64,000 nucleotides of DNA from assembly GCA_965153285.1 (NCBI GenBank), contig OZ229113.1; one strand, given 5' to 3'. Origin of the DNA: Podarcis tiliguerta. Taxonomy: Eukaryota. The translations under genes were made by a program, and so were the position numbers. Below are positions 1 through 13,202 of the stretch, piece after piece; positions within the stretch are counted from its first letter, which is position 1, and each line of letters begins with the position of its first letter. Below the pieces are notes generated by a model. It was given only the letters and a program-made list of their open reading frames with translations. It had not been told where the DNA came from and did no database searches.

Positions 1-1013
1 GGTGGAGCCAGACATTTGTGGTTCACACTAATTAACCTTCTATCTTAGTAAATTTATCTACCATGTCAAAATGCACGCAGGAAAGATAGATTTGAGTGCT
101 AAAGTCTGACAATAATATAATGTATTATAATTGCAAATAGAGAGCTTGACATAAGCTGGAGCAAATAAATAAAATCCAGCAAGGTATGACACCTAATAAA
201 CAGTTTTATCTTCACTGGCTTTTGCTTTACACAAAGTATTTTGTAGCATTCCTATCAAAAAAATAAGGAGCAATAAAGCAGCATTATGATTCTGAGTTAC
301 ACCGCTTGGAACGGCACATTATAACATCTGTCAGTAACAAGCTTCTGTCTGTTACAAACTTCAAATGCCACAAGTTAGACACAGAGAGCAGAAAAGCAAT
401 TGTACTGAAAAAAGGCAAACGTAATGAAATTTTCACCGTGTCATTTTTCAAGACAGAAGGCTGTAAGATCTTATATTACTAAATTGGAAAGAGAAAATTT
501 CAGTAGAAAGAAGAAAGAGTGAACTTCATTTTGGATTACTTACCATATAAGATGATGCATGCTTCACATTTTTCTTACACTTTGTCTACTTGGCAACTTC
601 TTGGCATCTATTGGCGCCATTTGGGAAACAAGATTTTGAGTTGACTCCAAGAGCAGAAACCCCATTAACTTGATGCTTCCAGTGTTAGGAGGAGAGGGGA
701 TATTAATCAAATCTGCACTGGAGGTCCGGGGAACCTCAAAAACAAAATGAGAGGTGGTGTGGAGGCTGGAGGAAAAATTAGTGAAAATTACCTCTCCCTC
801 CCTCTTTTCTACAGCAGTGGTCTTCTCTAGATCCACATTCCCCCAGTGAACAAAAGGAGCCCCTTCATTCACAAGTGGGAAAGTCTAGATTCAACCCTTC
901 TTTAAAATCTGTCTTCCTTAAAATTGAATCTTGTTATGCTAGGCATTTACTTTAATATTCAATTAATGTCTGAACTAGTGTTTACAAGAGGAAATCATGT
1001 TGTTTTCTTTAAG

Positions 1014-1184
1014 GCCTATGCTAAGAAGGCAGCGCTGAAAAGTGGTTTGGATAAGACTGTGAGTCTTCGAAAGGATTTATCAGAGATGCATGAGTGGATT
1101 ACACAAGCAGAAGAAGAGTACCTTGAGAGAGATTTTGAATATAAAACACCAGATGAATTACAGAAAGCTGTTGAGGAACTGAAG
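1014..1184 (+). CDS. DMD: Dystrophin coding exon (human exon 26 equivalent), spectrin-repeat rod
   Basis: tttaag|GCC...AAG|gtaaca; 171 bp; [57 protein letters not shown] matches dystrophin. Confidence 0.97.
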
Positions 1185-2438
1185 GTAACAAAATACAAAG
1201 TGACTTGTTTAATTTGTATCTGATCTTCTTCTTGAAGTTATTGTTACACACAATCTGTTTGTTCATTTGAAAGAGCTGGGTATTTGAGCTTCACTTGAGA
1301 ACTATTAAATTCGAAGCAATAGGTGGTTTAAAGTAATTTCACTTCAATTTAGCATCTGTTATAAGTTTTTTGACTCATCAAAGAATTGCATTTCTATAAG
1401 TTCCCTTCCCCCATGCTTAATTGGATTTAGTGTTGCATTTGTATATGTCCTTATTGTTTGTGGGTACCCACATCAAATTCTGCACCTGTTCTCATATGCT
1501 TCCATTCTCTTTTCTATGATAATTGCATCAGATGGTATATAATTCTTGGGCTATTATTCCTCTGAATGTAACTTCTCCCAGATGGAATTCAGAAATTGTA
1601 GGCACTCATAAATGGGAATAAGAAGGTTGCATTCAGCAACAATTTGTGCTTTCATTTTGCTTTCCCACAACATATAGAACAAGTGACAAGTCCCTGTTAT
1701 GCTAACTTATCCCTATAAATTAGAGATGTTACTTAGGAAAATGTTCCCATTGAATATAGATTCATTTCATTCCTTGACTATATTGTGGGTTTTCTCAGTT
1801 TTATCTGATATGGATATTAGTGCATATTGGCAATAGTACAGCCAGAGCTGTTTGGCACCCTCATTTAGTGCCATTTTAGATATTGGCAATGTGGGGACAT
1901 GTTTCCTTGTCCAGCTCTTTAAACCAGAAGCAAGGATAGCAATAGCTGTAATAAGAGGAATATTTCCTACAAGTTTTACTCGGGGTCACTTCAACAGCAC
2001 TACAAGTTGCCTTGTAAAGATTTAGGCACCCATGTCAAGGAAAGCCTGCTATGTAGCTGAGGTAAGGACACAGAAAGATGCACACAGAGTGTGCATGGTA
2101 TGTGATTATATTACTTAAGACAACAAAATGAAATGAAAACTCAAAACTATACACCTCATATCAATTATACCTGAGAACACAAGAACGGGCTATTTTCTGT
2201 AGTGGCTCCATGTTTGTAGGATGCTCTTCCCAGGAAGGCTTGGCTGGCAGCTTCATTATACACCTTTAGGAATCAGGCAGAAACATTTCTCTTCAACCAG
2301 GCCTTGGGCTGATTAACCCCAGAGTAGTAGCCACTACCAAATAATGAGGAAAGGAGCTTGCCAGATCTTGAATAGGTGGGGAGGAAGAGGAAGTGGAGGG
2401 GGTCTTAATGCTTGCCTTGAACATATGAGCCTCTACAA

Positions 2439-2574
2439 CAGGCATAGGCAAACTCGGCCCTCTAGATGTTTTGGGACTACAGCTCCCATCATCCCTAGCT
2501 AACAGGACCAGTGGTCAGGGATGATGGGAGTTGTAGTCCCAAAACATCTGGACGGCCGAGTTTGCCTGTGTCTG
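2439..2574. mobile_element. hAT-type MITE, near-perfect palindrome
   Basis: TIRs CAGGCATAGGCAAACTCGGCC / GGCCGAGTTTGCCTGTGTCTG; exact 8-bp TSD CTCTACAA at 2431-2438 and 2575-2582. Confidence 0.9.
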
Positions 2575-2780
2575 CTCTACAACATGAATATGGAGCAGTG
2601 AAATTTGAGCAGAGGGGCTACTGAGATGATCGCTCATCTTTTTAACTACTGCTTTGTGGCATGGAAAATCAGGCAAAACTATATTACGTTCTTTTCAAAT
2701 AATGCAGTGTTTTTACCCCAGGATCCACTGCTTTATTTTCAGGTATCATAATGGATTATTATACATTTATGTATTTTCAG

Positions 2781-2963
2781 AGAGCAAAAGAAGAGGCAAC
2801 ACAGAAAGATGTGAAAGTGAGGCTTCTCACAGAGTCGGTGAACAATTTTATAGCAAGGGCTCCACCTGCAGCTCATGAGGCCTTAAAAAAGGAACTTGAT
2901 GTTCTAACTAGGAACTACCAGCGACTCTGCAGCAGGCTAAATGGGAAGTGCAAAACGTTGGAG
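2781..2963 (+). CDS. DMD: Dystrophin exon 27 equivalent
   Basis: ttttcag|AGA...GAG|gtcagt; 183 bp; RAKEEATQKDVKVRLLTESVN...RLNGKCKTLE. Confidence 0.97.
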
Positions 2964-3315
2964 GTCAGTTCCTTCTCCTGGTAACATTAGAGCATTCCAA
3001 AGTGTAACAGAAAAGATATCAGCTAATGGACAGTTGTCGTGAATCAATGTTTACCCTCATAAGTCTTTAATATAGCCTACTGCAAGCTAGTGCCCTCCAG
3101 CTGTTTTAGACTACTATTCTTATCAACCCCAACCAACATGGTTTCCATGTTTATCTTAATCAGAATTGAATTACTTTTTTTGTTTATTGCTAAGTGGATT
3201 AAAATATATCCTAAAAATTATGCCACTTTCCTAGGATTATTAAATATATTCCCATAACTTCATGGTACAGTTTAAAAAACCCCATTATTTTGTTCTTCCT
3301 TTGTACTTTAATATA

Positions 3316-3561
3316 CAGTCATACCTTGGGTTGAAGTAGCTTCGGGATAAGTATTTTCAGGTTGCGTGCTACAGTGACCCGGAAGTAATGGAGCGCGTTA
3401 CTTCCAGGTTTTGCCGCTCGTGCATGCACAGACGGTCAAAATTACGTCACATGCATGCGCAGAAGCGGCGAATCGCGACCCGCGCAGACACGGGTTGCGT
3501 TCGCTTCTGGATGCGAACGGGGCTCCGGAACAGATCCCGTTCGCATCCAGAGGTACCACTG
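3316..3561. mobile_element. Tc1/mariner (Tigger-like) MITE
   Basis: Ends CAGTCATACCT / AGGTACCACTG flanked by TA on both sides; CpG-rich interior suggests a young copy. Confidence 0.85.
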
Positions 3562-3744
3562 TAGAATTTTGAAATGACCTGATTTTATTTACTTTTTTGT
3601 GGCATTTATATAGATAACCCAATAACACATGTCCTGGTAAAACAGCGTAAGTTATAGGTCTTTTTGTTTGCAATAAAATGTTTTTTAAAAATTTCAAGCA
3701 TTTCTGTATTAAAATTCATTTCTTTTTAAAAACTCATTCATCAG

Positions 3745-3879
3745 GAGGTATGGGCATGTTGGCGTGAATTATTGTTATACTTGGATGTTGAAAACAAATG
3801 GTTGAATGAGGTAGAATCAAAACTCAGGGCAACAGAAAATATTCAAGAAGGCACAGAAGAGATCTCAGAAGCACTAGAT
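3745..3879 (+). CDS. DMD: Dystrophin exon 28 equivalent
   Basis: catcag|GAG...GAT|gtaagt; 135 bp; EVWACWRELLLYLDVENKWLNEVE...EISEALD. Confidence 0.97.
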
Positions 3880-4798
3880 GTAAGTACTGACGTTCTGGTT
3901 AGGAACACACAGACCTTTCCAATAAAAAGTTTCTATGTTAAATCAAAGTGTAATATTCTTCAATGTGTGCTGTGATCTATGCACCCATATGTATATTTTC
4001 CATGAATTGTGTTCCATTAGATTTTCAATTATTATTATCATTGCTATGTACTAAAGGTAGATATGAGCACACAGGGTTCAGATAGGCCACAGCATTCTTA
4101 GAGTAGAATTGGAGCTGTCAAAAAGAATAATGTAGTCTTCTCAACAAAAACAAAGATGTTTAATTCAAATGCTTTATAAACTTATGCTTTGTCTGGTGCA
4201 CGTGCCCTCCCAAATAACTTATACAGACATCCACATCTCTATATAAGCAAATCCAATGGCAATTACTCCCAAGCAATCTTGGGTAGGATTGCAGGTTTTT
4301 GTACTCTACAATTAGATCCTTACATTTATCACATTTCCCTTGTTTTGCTGCAGATGTCTGACAGACCCAAAGTTTTAATAAAAGCCTTAAAAAGTCTTTT
4401 TCAAAGGTCCCAGAATCACTCCGGTTATTAAAAAACATTGACAATTCTTGTTTTAAAAAAATGAAGGAGTAGCATCACAAATTCAATAGTTTCTAGTTAC
4501 CTGAATTGGTTGGTTGTGCTGATGGTCAATTCAGCAAGGTAGCATACATTATAGCCACACTGTTTATTATGTTGATGTGGTATCTAAGCCTTTGTTAATG
4601 TTTGCCTAGTCACATTTCGGATAATTTGTGCCAGAAAATGTTGCACTGATGAGTTTTATTTTTCTCATGAATACTCTTCTATTTTAATGGAAATGTAAGG
4701 TTTATTGCTTCTTTTATTTTAACAAGAGCTTTGAAGGCTCCTTTGTTTGGTGTAAGGGGAATGGCAAAAACAAGTAATACAGTTTATGGATGTTTCAG

Positions 4799-4948
4799 TC
4801 TCTGGGTACATTAATGCAACACCCAGAAGATAACCGCAATCAGATTCGTGAGTTGGCACAGACCTTAACTGATGGTGGAGTTCTGGATGAACTGATCAAT
4901 GAAAAACTGGAGAAGTTCAATACTCGGTGGGAAGAGCTACAACAAGAG
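4799..4948 (+). CDS. DMD: Dystrophin exon 29 equivalent
   Basis: tttcag|TCT...GAG|gtacat; 150 bp; [50 protein letters not shown] (absent from the ORF track). Confidence 0.96.
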
Positions 4949-5224
4949 GTACATTTTAAGAAATAATTTCCTTCCCCCATACTTTTCTCTTAAACACTGT
5001 GTTTAACAGGAGAGCTGAAAGGTAAAGGTACCTGTCTTATAAAATACTGTGTTGTAAAGATGCGGACAACAGTGTTGACGCAAGAAGAAACTAGCAAAAG
5101 TTGTGACAGCTTTGGAAGGGACCGATTAACAGATGCAGCTCTCTGTATATGTTTTTTGTTTCTTTTTATATGTGTATAAGAGGGTCTACCTGGTATCAAT
5201 TTTTCCAGGAAATCTACATACATG

Positions 5225-5337
5225 TCTTCTTATTCTTCTTCGGCGATCACTCATAGCCGAGTAAGATTGTCTTCCATAAAAACGGTTTTAACAATGAGTC
5301 CGTAAGTGACTGTGAAGGCCAATTCTGGACCCACACG
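5225..5337 (-). mobile_element. Short LINE 3' end, probably RTE-type
   Basis: Starts with a (TTC)n-like tail (AAG repeats on the minus strand), followed by a repeat-like body; family assigned from memory. Confidence 0.45.
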
Positions 5338-7789
5338 CAAAGCTCTCAAGTAGGCAAGAAAGACACTTTTTAGTTTAAGAGTGAATGGTCAGTTCCTTTA
5401 AATTTGGCAGCCCCGTTTCATGATGGAAGACGGGGCAGAATGGAAGTAGAGCATAGCTTAGATGTAAACCTGATGTACCCCCAAGTGGCAGGGGTGGCTG
5501 GTCCCATTTTGGCACCTGTGCTGAAACAGGAATTGCCACATCCTGCCTCCCCCCACCCACGCCACCATTTCTGCCACTGGGGTATTCCGCAATGCATAGG
5601 TGCTTCGCTTCTCTGCCTGGGGACGGGTAAGATGCGTGGCAGTGCTACATGCTAGAATGCCTCCCTCTTGTCTGTGAGAGGGAAGGCCTTCAGCTGGCAG
5701 CAGGAGCAGTGGGAGGACAGAGCTCCGCCTCTTGCACTCCTGCCTCCTTAAGGTGGGTGCTTCACCCTGCCTCATGGGCATGCCAACTCTGCCCCATAGG
5801 ACTTTATATAATTTAAATGGGCCTTAAAGACTCAATCTGTGTTGTATAAATAATGCTGTATATATATAGGTGTACATTGCTTTGTAAACCATGTTGGGAT
5901 GAATATATCTTGAAAAGTCTGTAAGTTCATTAAATTAAATAAATGGAAATAAATTCAGTAAATAGAAAACAAAAGAAATGGAGCATTCACATGAAAACAA
6001 ATGGAAAAACAATTTTCCCTTGTGAACCTCACTTTAGAAGGCAGCAAAATTTATTTGGAATAAAAACAAAACAAAAGAGGAATCCTAAAACCCAATGCAC
6101 TATAAGATGTCTAATAAAATAAATCAGCAGTTTAAGAACACTTGGAGTGCAAAATCAGCACAGACTAAGAAAAAACAACACTTTCTTAGCTAGCATTTCC
6201 ATATACCTGCTTACTGCCCTTGACTGCCCCCTCCCCCCCTGCCCAAGGAAATATTGTCTGCACACAGCACCGCTGTAAAGGTAGGCAACAGCAAACAAGG
6301 GGATAGCAGAAGGGGGGGGGGGGAGAGAAAGCATGGGATAGAAAGTGTTTTATACCCATTTTCTGCCCAACCAACCAGGTTTCACAGGAAGCAATCATGC
6401 AATAGTTCTTTGACAACCCGAGCTGTTAATTGTTATGTTCAAGGGGTGGGGGTCGGAATGTAAGGAGGCTGACCTCAATGGTAGTGAATGTGGAAAGATA
6501 AATATTTGTAATTTTCAGGCAGGTCACAGAAGACTTAAATGAGAACATCAGATTCCCAAGAGCCAGAGCACCAAGTTTAATTTACTAATCTTCCCCCTTA
6601 TTTTTGAACATCCAAATCCCTCCAGTTCCACATAACCCTCCTAACAATCAATTAGCATAACACAGGACATTGATAAACCCTCATCACAATTCTTACCCCC
6701 AAAGGCGCTCCTCTCTGATGCCAGCCAACAATCCACATGGTCACTCTCTGGGTTAATTAGCATTAACAAAAGAGCTGGCCAGCTCCTGACACTTGTGCGA
6801 CTGCTGCATGCTTCTGTGACCAGTGTGTTGCCTCATTGTGGATAAAGCTGGCAGGAGGAATCAAAAACACTGGTAATTAAACATTTTCCCTTTGAAAAAC
6901 ACCCTCATTATTATAGCACCCTCATTAAAATGTAAAATGATATATATTTTTTCATTGAGTCATATATCCTTTTTCTGTGGTTTATTGATTGGAAGGTTTC
7001 AAATAAGCTAGATGGGTTTTCTAAAAGCATTATTAGTACCATATACAGTGTGCATGTATGACAGAACATTTGAAGTGGCTGAGGTAATCCTGTCCTGTGT
7101 CCCAGAATATAAAAAAGATATAAAAGTGAGCTTTCATAATACCATTACCACCGAAATCCATGTTTGTTTTACAAAGCGCACAGCAATTTGTTCCTATTTG
7201 TGTGAAGACTACATTCCATTATGAACCGTCACAGGAAAAGAAATAACGAAGGACGTTCAGCTGTTCCCTGTTGGTGAATGCTTTTATAAAATAGTTTTTT
7301 TCATAACATTACTTTCGAGTCCTTGACCTCAAGGTTACACTTCATATGGCCTTGGAAATATAACTGGTAACTCTGATGTGTAGTGTGACTTGACCTCCAG
7401 GTTTATTGAGTGAATAGAAATGTTAGGTTTATAGCCTATTAAAAGAATGAATAATGCAGAGTCAATGCAGATAAAACTAAATTATGAGAAGGCAGAATAT
7501 GAAAGAAGGTGAAAAACTAAGCTGAAAATCGCATGTGTCATCATCTTAAACTATTAAGTATGAAAAGAGGGGCAAAGGGAAATGTAAAACCAAAGAAGGT
7601 CTTAGTAACCATATTGTGGGGTTTCGCTAATGTCATAGGGCAGGCTTAAAGTAATGTGACTTGCTATAGTAGTAATAGGAACAGTCTGACTCTTTCTTTC
7701 CCCAGTTTTTGTAACATTTTGCTGAATGCGGTACCATTAAGAAATATTGTAATAAGGTGAGTGAACCATAAAGAGTCAAGAAAAAACTT

Positions 7790-8144
7790 AAGAGTACTAA
7801 TCATTTCTGGGAGTACTACCATTTAATCCAGGCTCTAAGAAACTATTTATATCCTATGTGAGAGTTTGTTTTATAAACAGCACTTTCATCCCTCTCACTT
7901 GTTGCAGTGGATTATCTGTAAGTGGACTATGATGACGGCAACTTTGTTCTGAGCAAAGGAAATCTCCTGACATATATAATGAGATCAGGAGCTTCCTGAG
8001 GCTTCAGAATGAACAAAACTATCTAATGGCAGGACTTAGTTTTGCAGTCTTCTACTCACTATAGAATTCCTCACTATTTGGTTTGGTTATTTAGGGAATT
8101 TTAGGGAAGTTTGACTTTTTGTGGTTATTTATTTAAAAAACAAA
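7790..8144 (+). promoter_or_regulatory. Putative Dp260 internal promoter / 5'UTR region
   Basis: Lies directly upstream of the Dp260-like ATG; TAATCC at 7824-7829, GGATTA at 7909-7914 and CTAATC near 7797 (K50 homeodomain CRX/OTX2-type sites); boundaries approximate. Confidence 0.5.
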
Positions 8145-8183
8145 ATGGCTGGCAAAAAAAGACGAAATTTATCTTACAAAAAG
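8145..8183 (+). CDS. DMD: Coding part of a putative alternative first exon of the retinal dystrophin isoform (Dp260-like)
   Basis: caaaATGG (strong Kozak) then MAGKKRRNLSYKK and AAG|gtggtt donor, phase 0; a 91-bp intron joins it in frame to exon 30; resembles the human Dp260 N-terminus MSARKLRNLSYKK as recalled. Confidence 0.85.
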
Positions 8184-8274
8184 GTGGTTGTGTATCAGTA
8201 TGAAATTCCTGTGTGTTTTTAACAGCATTAAAGAAAAATTGAATGGCTAATACTCTTTTTCCTTTATTTTTCAG

Positions 8275-8436
8275 GCTGTGAGGAGACAAAAGGTTCTTGA
8301 ACAAAGTATCCACTCTGCACAAGAGATTGACAAAACCCTTCAGTTAATTCAAGAGTCTCTTGCTTTCATTGATCGACAGTTAACTGGTTATATTGCCGAC
8401 AGAATTGATGCAGCACAAGTACCTCAAGAAGCACAG
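8275..8436 (+). CDS. DMD: Dystrophin exon 30 equivalent
   Basis: ttttcag|GCT...CAG|gtgagt; 162 bp; AVRRQKVLEQSIHSAQE...QVPQEAQ. Confidence 0.97.
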
Positions 8437-11400
8437 GTGAGTCTTGTGGACTTTAGTTTAAATAGCTTTATCATTCAAGTGGTCAGTATGATTCCTTTAA
8501 TTTGGTTGGCTTTTTCCTCAAAAATGACGATTTCTAGAATTTTCAGCAGCTGGGGTTAGGAAGCATAATTTGCAACCCATTTCTTGCAAAACTACTTAGT
8601 GGACTACAGATGTGTATTTTGCAGCAAATTCATGTTTTTAGATTTATTTTATCTGTCCTTATGCTGACACAAAATTATTATATGACACTAATATAAACTC
8701 ATTAAATGTTTGTGAAGGTTGTGCTATAACCTTGAAGCAACAGCATGAATACTATAACTCCCTATAGTGCTATTTTTATCATGCCATAAATGACTCATCA
8801 TCTTTACTACTTTTAGTTAACCTCTTAGTAAAGCAGATTAGATATCCCATATATAGTTATTGAGTTATGCAATCATTGATACTGGATAGTTACATGCTTG
8901 TACAATCCTATATAGTCTACTCAGAAGTAAGCCCCATTGAATTCAGTGGGATTAACTCCCAGGAAACTGTATAGGATTGGAGCCATAATCTCATATAAAA
9001 TGAAATAAATTAAAGAATATTGCCACATCCTTCATTCCTTAACTTTGTGTCTGTCAATATTTGCTTCACATTTTAAGAACATTTCTGAAGTACCGTACGT
9101 AACTTTCATTAATTGTATTTGTAAGAAAGGATACATTAGCCAAAATGAAACACAGATTTCTGGAATTGGGTGGAATATATTAGAAGAATTTTAAGATTAA
9201 TGCACAGTTTATATTTTGAATTAAAAAAACCCTTCCCTTATGTGAAAATGGTGGCTTTCAGACATCAATAATGATTGTACTGCAAAACATAATTTGTTGT
9301 GATTTTCAAGGAAGTCTTATAAGGACTTTGATAAACAGATATGGCAAAGATAATAAATATGGTTCTAGCTCAATCCCATTTTTGACTTGGGAGGCAGGTA
9401 TGTTATAAGATTAGTTTATATTTAATGCAGCAGTTATTTTCTGAAACAACTATATTCTTCACTTTAAAATAATAATCTCCTAAGGATGCATCAATTTGAA
9501 CAAGTCCCTAATATTCCCTGGGTTCCATAACCTCTATGCTAATGAAATAAAATATATTGCTAACTTGAAATCAAGATGACATGGAAGGCAATGGATATGA
9601 CAGGCATGAAGATAGAACCTTAGGTTTGATTTAATAACTAGTTAACTATTGGGAAAATACAAATCTGCCATGTACCAAGACAGCTTAGCTCAACATTGTC
9701 TGCACTGACTGGCAATACAACCATCTTTACCACCTTTTTGCCTGCAATGCATGTGCTCTACCTGGACCGTACTCTAAATAAAAAAAAAAAAATCAATTAA
9801 CTTTATATACATTAATTGGTGAACCATTTTCAATAGGCTTGTGTCCTTTCCCCCTGGAAGCATAATGTCAAATTTTGTTAATTCTCTTTACATGTTGTAA
9901 ATGCATTACAGCCACAATAGCAATAAAGTAGTGCCTCTCTGTCTCCTCTTCTCTATAGCATGTTAGATAGTTTGCATCTTTCCTTATCAGCAGCCTTATT
10001 ATGCATACATAAAATATTCTAATGGGTGGGTTATTCCATACCATTTGTGGGCTTGTTTTATCCATCTCTGATAAACCAACTGTGCTTGTGTTTCATCACA
10101 ATAGCTAGACTTGTCCAATTTATTTTATATTGAACATACATGAAAAGATGTGTGTGTACTAATAATTCATATGCATCTGATTAACTGACTGATTGGAAAC
10201 TTAATAATACTTTATTATACAATGTCAAGTATGAATTGTCAACCGGCAATCACATGGGCTAAATCTGCCTCCTGAAGTGTGCACCCCCCCTCTTTCCATT
10301 ACAAACCCTGTTAATTTCTCCTAGGGTTGATTAAAAGGGTGCGAGGAGGAGACTTTTCCTCCTCCTACTTTTCTAACCCCATACCCACCCCTTTTATCTT
10401 CTATTTCCCATTTTGGTAATGGACAAGAGTGAAAGCAGAGGAAGAGTCACATAGAGGCTTTATTTCACTATATTCCACCCCTTTTAAGCATGTTGAGTAG
10501 AAGACCAAGGAGAATTTATCTATGTGTCTATATGCCAGAATGTGTCCACCTAGACAATAGATCTCTAGATTGTTAATGCTGCACCTTCAGGCGAGGCAAC
10601 CTGTTTTAAATGAGACACCAGGCGCATGGAGCACTGCATGGGTTGGTTTTTCTTACATGCCCAGCTTCATGTTTTAATCAAACCTTTGACTCTACCCTGC
10701 CCCATCACTCCAAGATCAAGGTGGAGAAGAAAGGGACATGCAAAAGAGACTGTTGTCTTCTATGTGAACTCCTTGGTGTATCTGTCCTCTCTTTCCATAA
10801 ATATCTCAATAAATAATGTTGGGCAGAGTGTGCTCCAAGATTGGGAGTGTCCCCATGTGCTTGTCAGACTCCTCTCTGCATTCATGTTAACTGCTGGTGG
10901 ATAAAGTCGCCTACATAGTAAATGAGAGTATGAGGAAAAAGCCAAATTGCATACAGTTTCTTGCTTTTACCACATCTGTTCATTTTCAGTTAACAAAAAT
11001 ACTATTTGTAACATTAATGGAATTACAGACTTTATGTTCTTGGACAGAAGATATATCCAGCTTTAGCCTTGTACTTCTAGGGAATAGAGAGAGAGTGAAT
11101 TGCTGAATTGATTAAAATGTGGTCTAGATAAAACCTTCTGACAGATTTTCCTCCCACATTTTGCAGTAATGGTTCCTAATATTCATCTTGATGAGAAAGA
11201 AAGCTGCCAGATATTTCCTGGTATAGCTGTTCTCTCTGGTAATTGTTTAGCAGTTCATCCACTAGCAGATATTCATTTCCAACAATTTCCTCATAAATTG
11301 GTTTGAATTGGTCTAAATTAGCTCATCTCAGTGTGTAGGATATGAATTGTTTTGTGTGACATTGCATTGGTCAGTATTGTGCAAGACATTTGGTTTCTTA

Positions 11401-11941
11401 TGAGCCTACTCTATCATGAGGTGTAAAGGTTTGAAATTTGCATTGGAGTAATTTCACCAGTCGCTGGTTTTTGTTGGAAATAACAGACAGAAATACTTGC
11501 TGGAAAAATCACTGAGATTATTACACTTCATATACTTGCTTCAGATTGGTGTTGTGTATTTATCATGCTTTTTAAAAAAACAATTATTCTACTATAACCC
11601 CTTTTTGTTCACATTTAATTGTTTCTATAGTTATATTTAGTTTTCATAGGGATGAGAATTGTAACCCTGATGGAGAAGCCTTTAGTATGTACCTACAATG
11701 CAATTTAATTGTTCTTTTCTTCAAAATATAGAACAAAGTTATACTTTTTTGTTTTATGTCCAAGTGGGCATAAGAGATACTATCATTTTAAAGCAATAAG
11801 AAGAATATACCAAGTAGAGCACAAGACAGTGTCACAATCTTAGTAATTTCATATGATTTATTCCAGAGCCTGGATCTTATATATTTCCCTGTCAAAATAA
11901 TCTACTTTGATTTTAAACACATCTTTTTTTCCGCCAAACAG

Positions 11942-12052
11942 AAAATTCAATCAGAGTTGACAAGCCATGAGATTAGTTTGGATGAAATGAAAAAACGGAA
12001 CCGGGGTAAGGATGCCACCAAAAGGATATTCTCCCAAATCGATACTGCACAG
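11942..12052 (+). CDS. DMD: Dystrophin exon 31 equivalent
   Basis: aaacag|AAA...CAG|gtttgt; 111 bp; KIQSELTSHEISLDEMKKRNRGKDATKRIFSQIDTAQ. Confidence 0.96.
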
Positions 12053-12579
12053 GTTTGTAAAATTGGCTTTCTTTTACATACTCAGTTCGAATCCCTTCTT
12101 TAAAATACACAAAACTAAATAAGCAATCATTGATTACATGTGAAACAGCTATACTTTCTATCCACAGGGTGGTTGGGGGGTTTTTTTGGATGGGGGGAGA
12201 AAGTCCTGCTTGCTTAGCTTATAACATTATTATTTGATTTACAATGAGACCAAGGAAAAACCAGCATCTATATAAAAATGTGTAGGGTTGAAGAGCCTTG
12301 TTTTAGGGAATTCAGAACGGATGCTTTTGTTAATGCAAAATAAACATATTTGAAAAACCTCTTCTTGTTACTTTCATCTTCACAAATACCCTTCTGCCAG
12401 AAAAATAAATTATTTGGTCAGAATTTTTTTAGCTGTGAGGCCAGATCAGCAATCCCAAGAGAGTTTTAAACTTGCTGTTTGCTTGAAGAGCACGCCTGAT
12501 GGCAAACATTTTTTGAAGTAGACAGTGATTTTAAAGAGCAGGTTCTAAAAAGGCATGGCAGTCAGATGTTCCACAAATT

Positions 12580-12880
12580 AAGAATATAAGAAGATCCTGC
12601 TGGATCAGACTCATCTAGTCCACCATCCTTTTTTCTCTGTGGCAATCAAGTTGCCTGTGGGAAACCTGCAAGCAGGACCTTAGCATAACAGCAACCAGCA
12701 AATGGTATTCAGAAGCATTACTGCCTCTGACTGTGGAGGCAAAGCATAGCTATAATGTCTAGTGGCCATTAGTAGCCTTATCCTCCATGAATTAATCCAA
12801 TTCACTTTTCAAGCTATCCAGTTAGTGGCCACCACTGTCTCCTGTGGGAGGGAGTTCCAAAGTTTAACTATGCACAGCAT
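12580..12880 (-). mobile_element. CR1-like LINE 3' remnant
   Basis: TAAGAATATAAGAAGATCCTGCTGGATCAGAC... resembles the reverse-complemented short-repeat tail of reptile CR1 elements; boundaries approximate. Confidence 0.5.
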
Positions 12881-13202
12881 GGAACATTTCAAAGACCTTG
12901 TGCAAGCCAATTCACCATGAGCATTTTTATATTTATCCCAACCTTCAGGTTTGGGGAAAAGAAAACGAACAAAACCATACTTTAATGGAATGCCACACTA
13001 ACTTTTTCAAATTTTTTGCCAGTGGTTAAAGGTGATAAGTCATATTTACTATTTTGGTTCTTATCTGCTCTGTCAAGCTTACTGTAATGTAGTGCAGTGG
13101 GTGGCGATTCCTGTTAAAAAGAAAAAAATGCTATTCATGTGCAGCTTACCATTGGATTCTTTATTTCTAAAATGGATGCACTGTGCATAACTTATGTTGC
13201 CT

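Noticed and set aside
5489-5791. GC-rich hAT-like segment (similarly 55499-55640 and 56960-57200)
   Set aside because: Termini are suggestive but no matching TSD was found, so they are not listed as features
8243-8274. ATG just upstream of exon 30 as an unspliced alternative Dp260 start
   Set aside because: It is 32 nt from the exon start, so it is out of frame with exon 30
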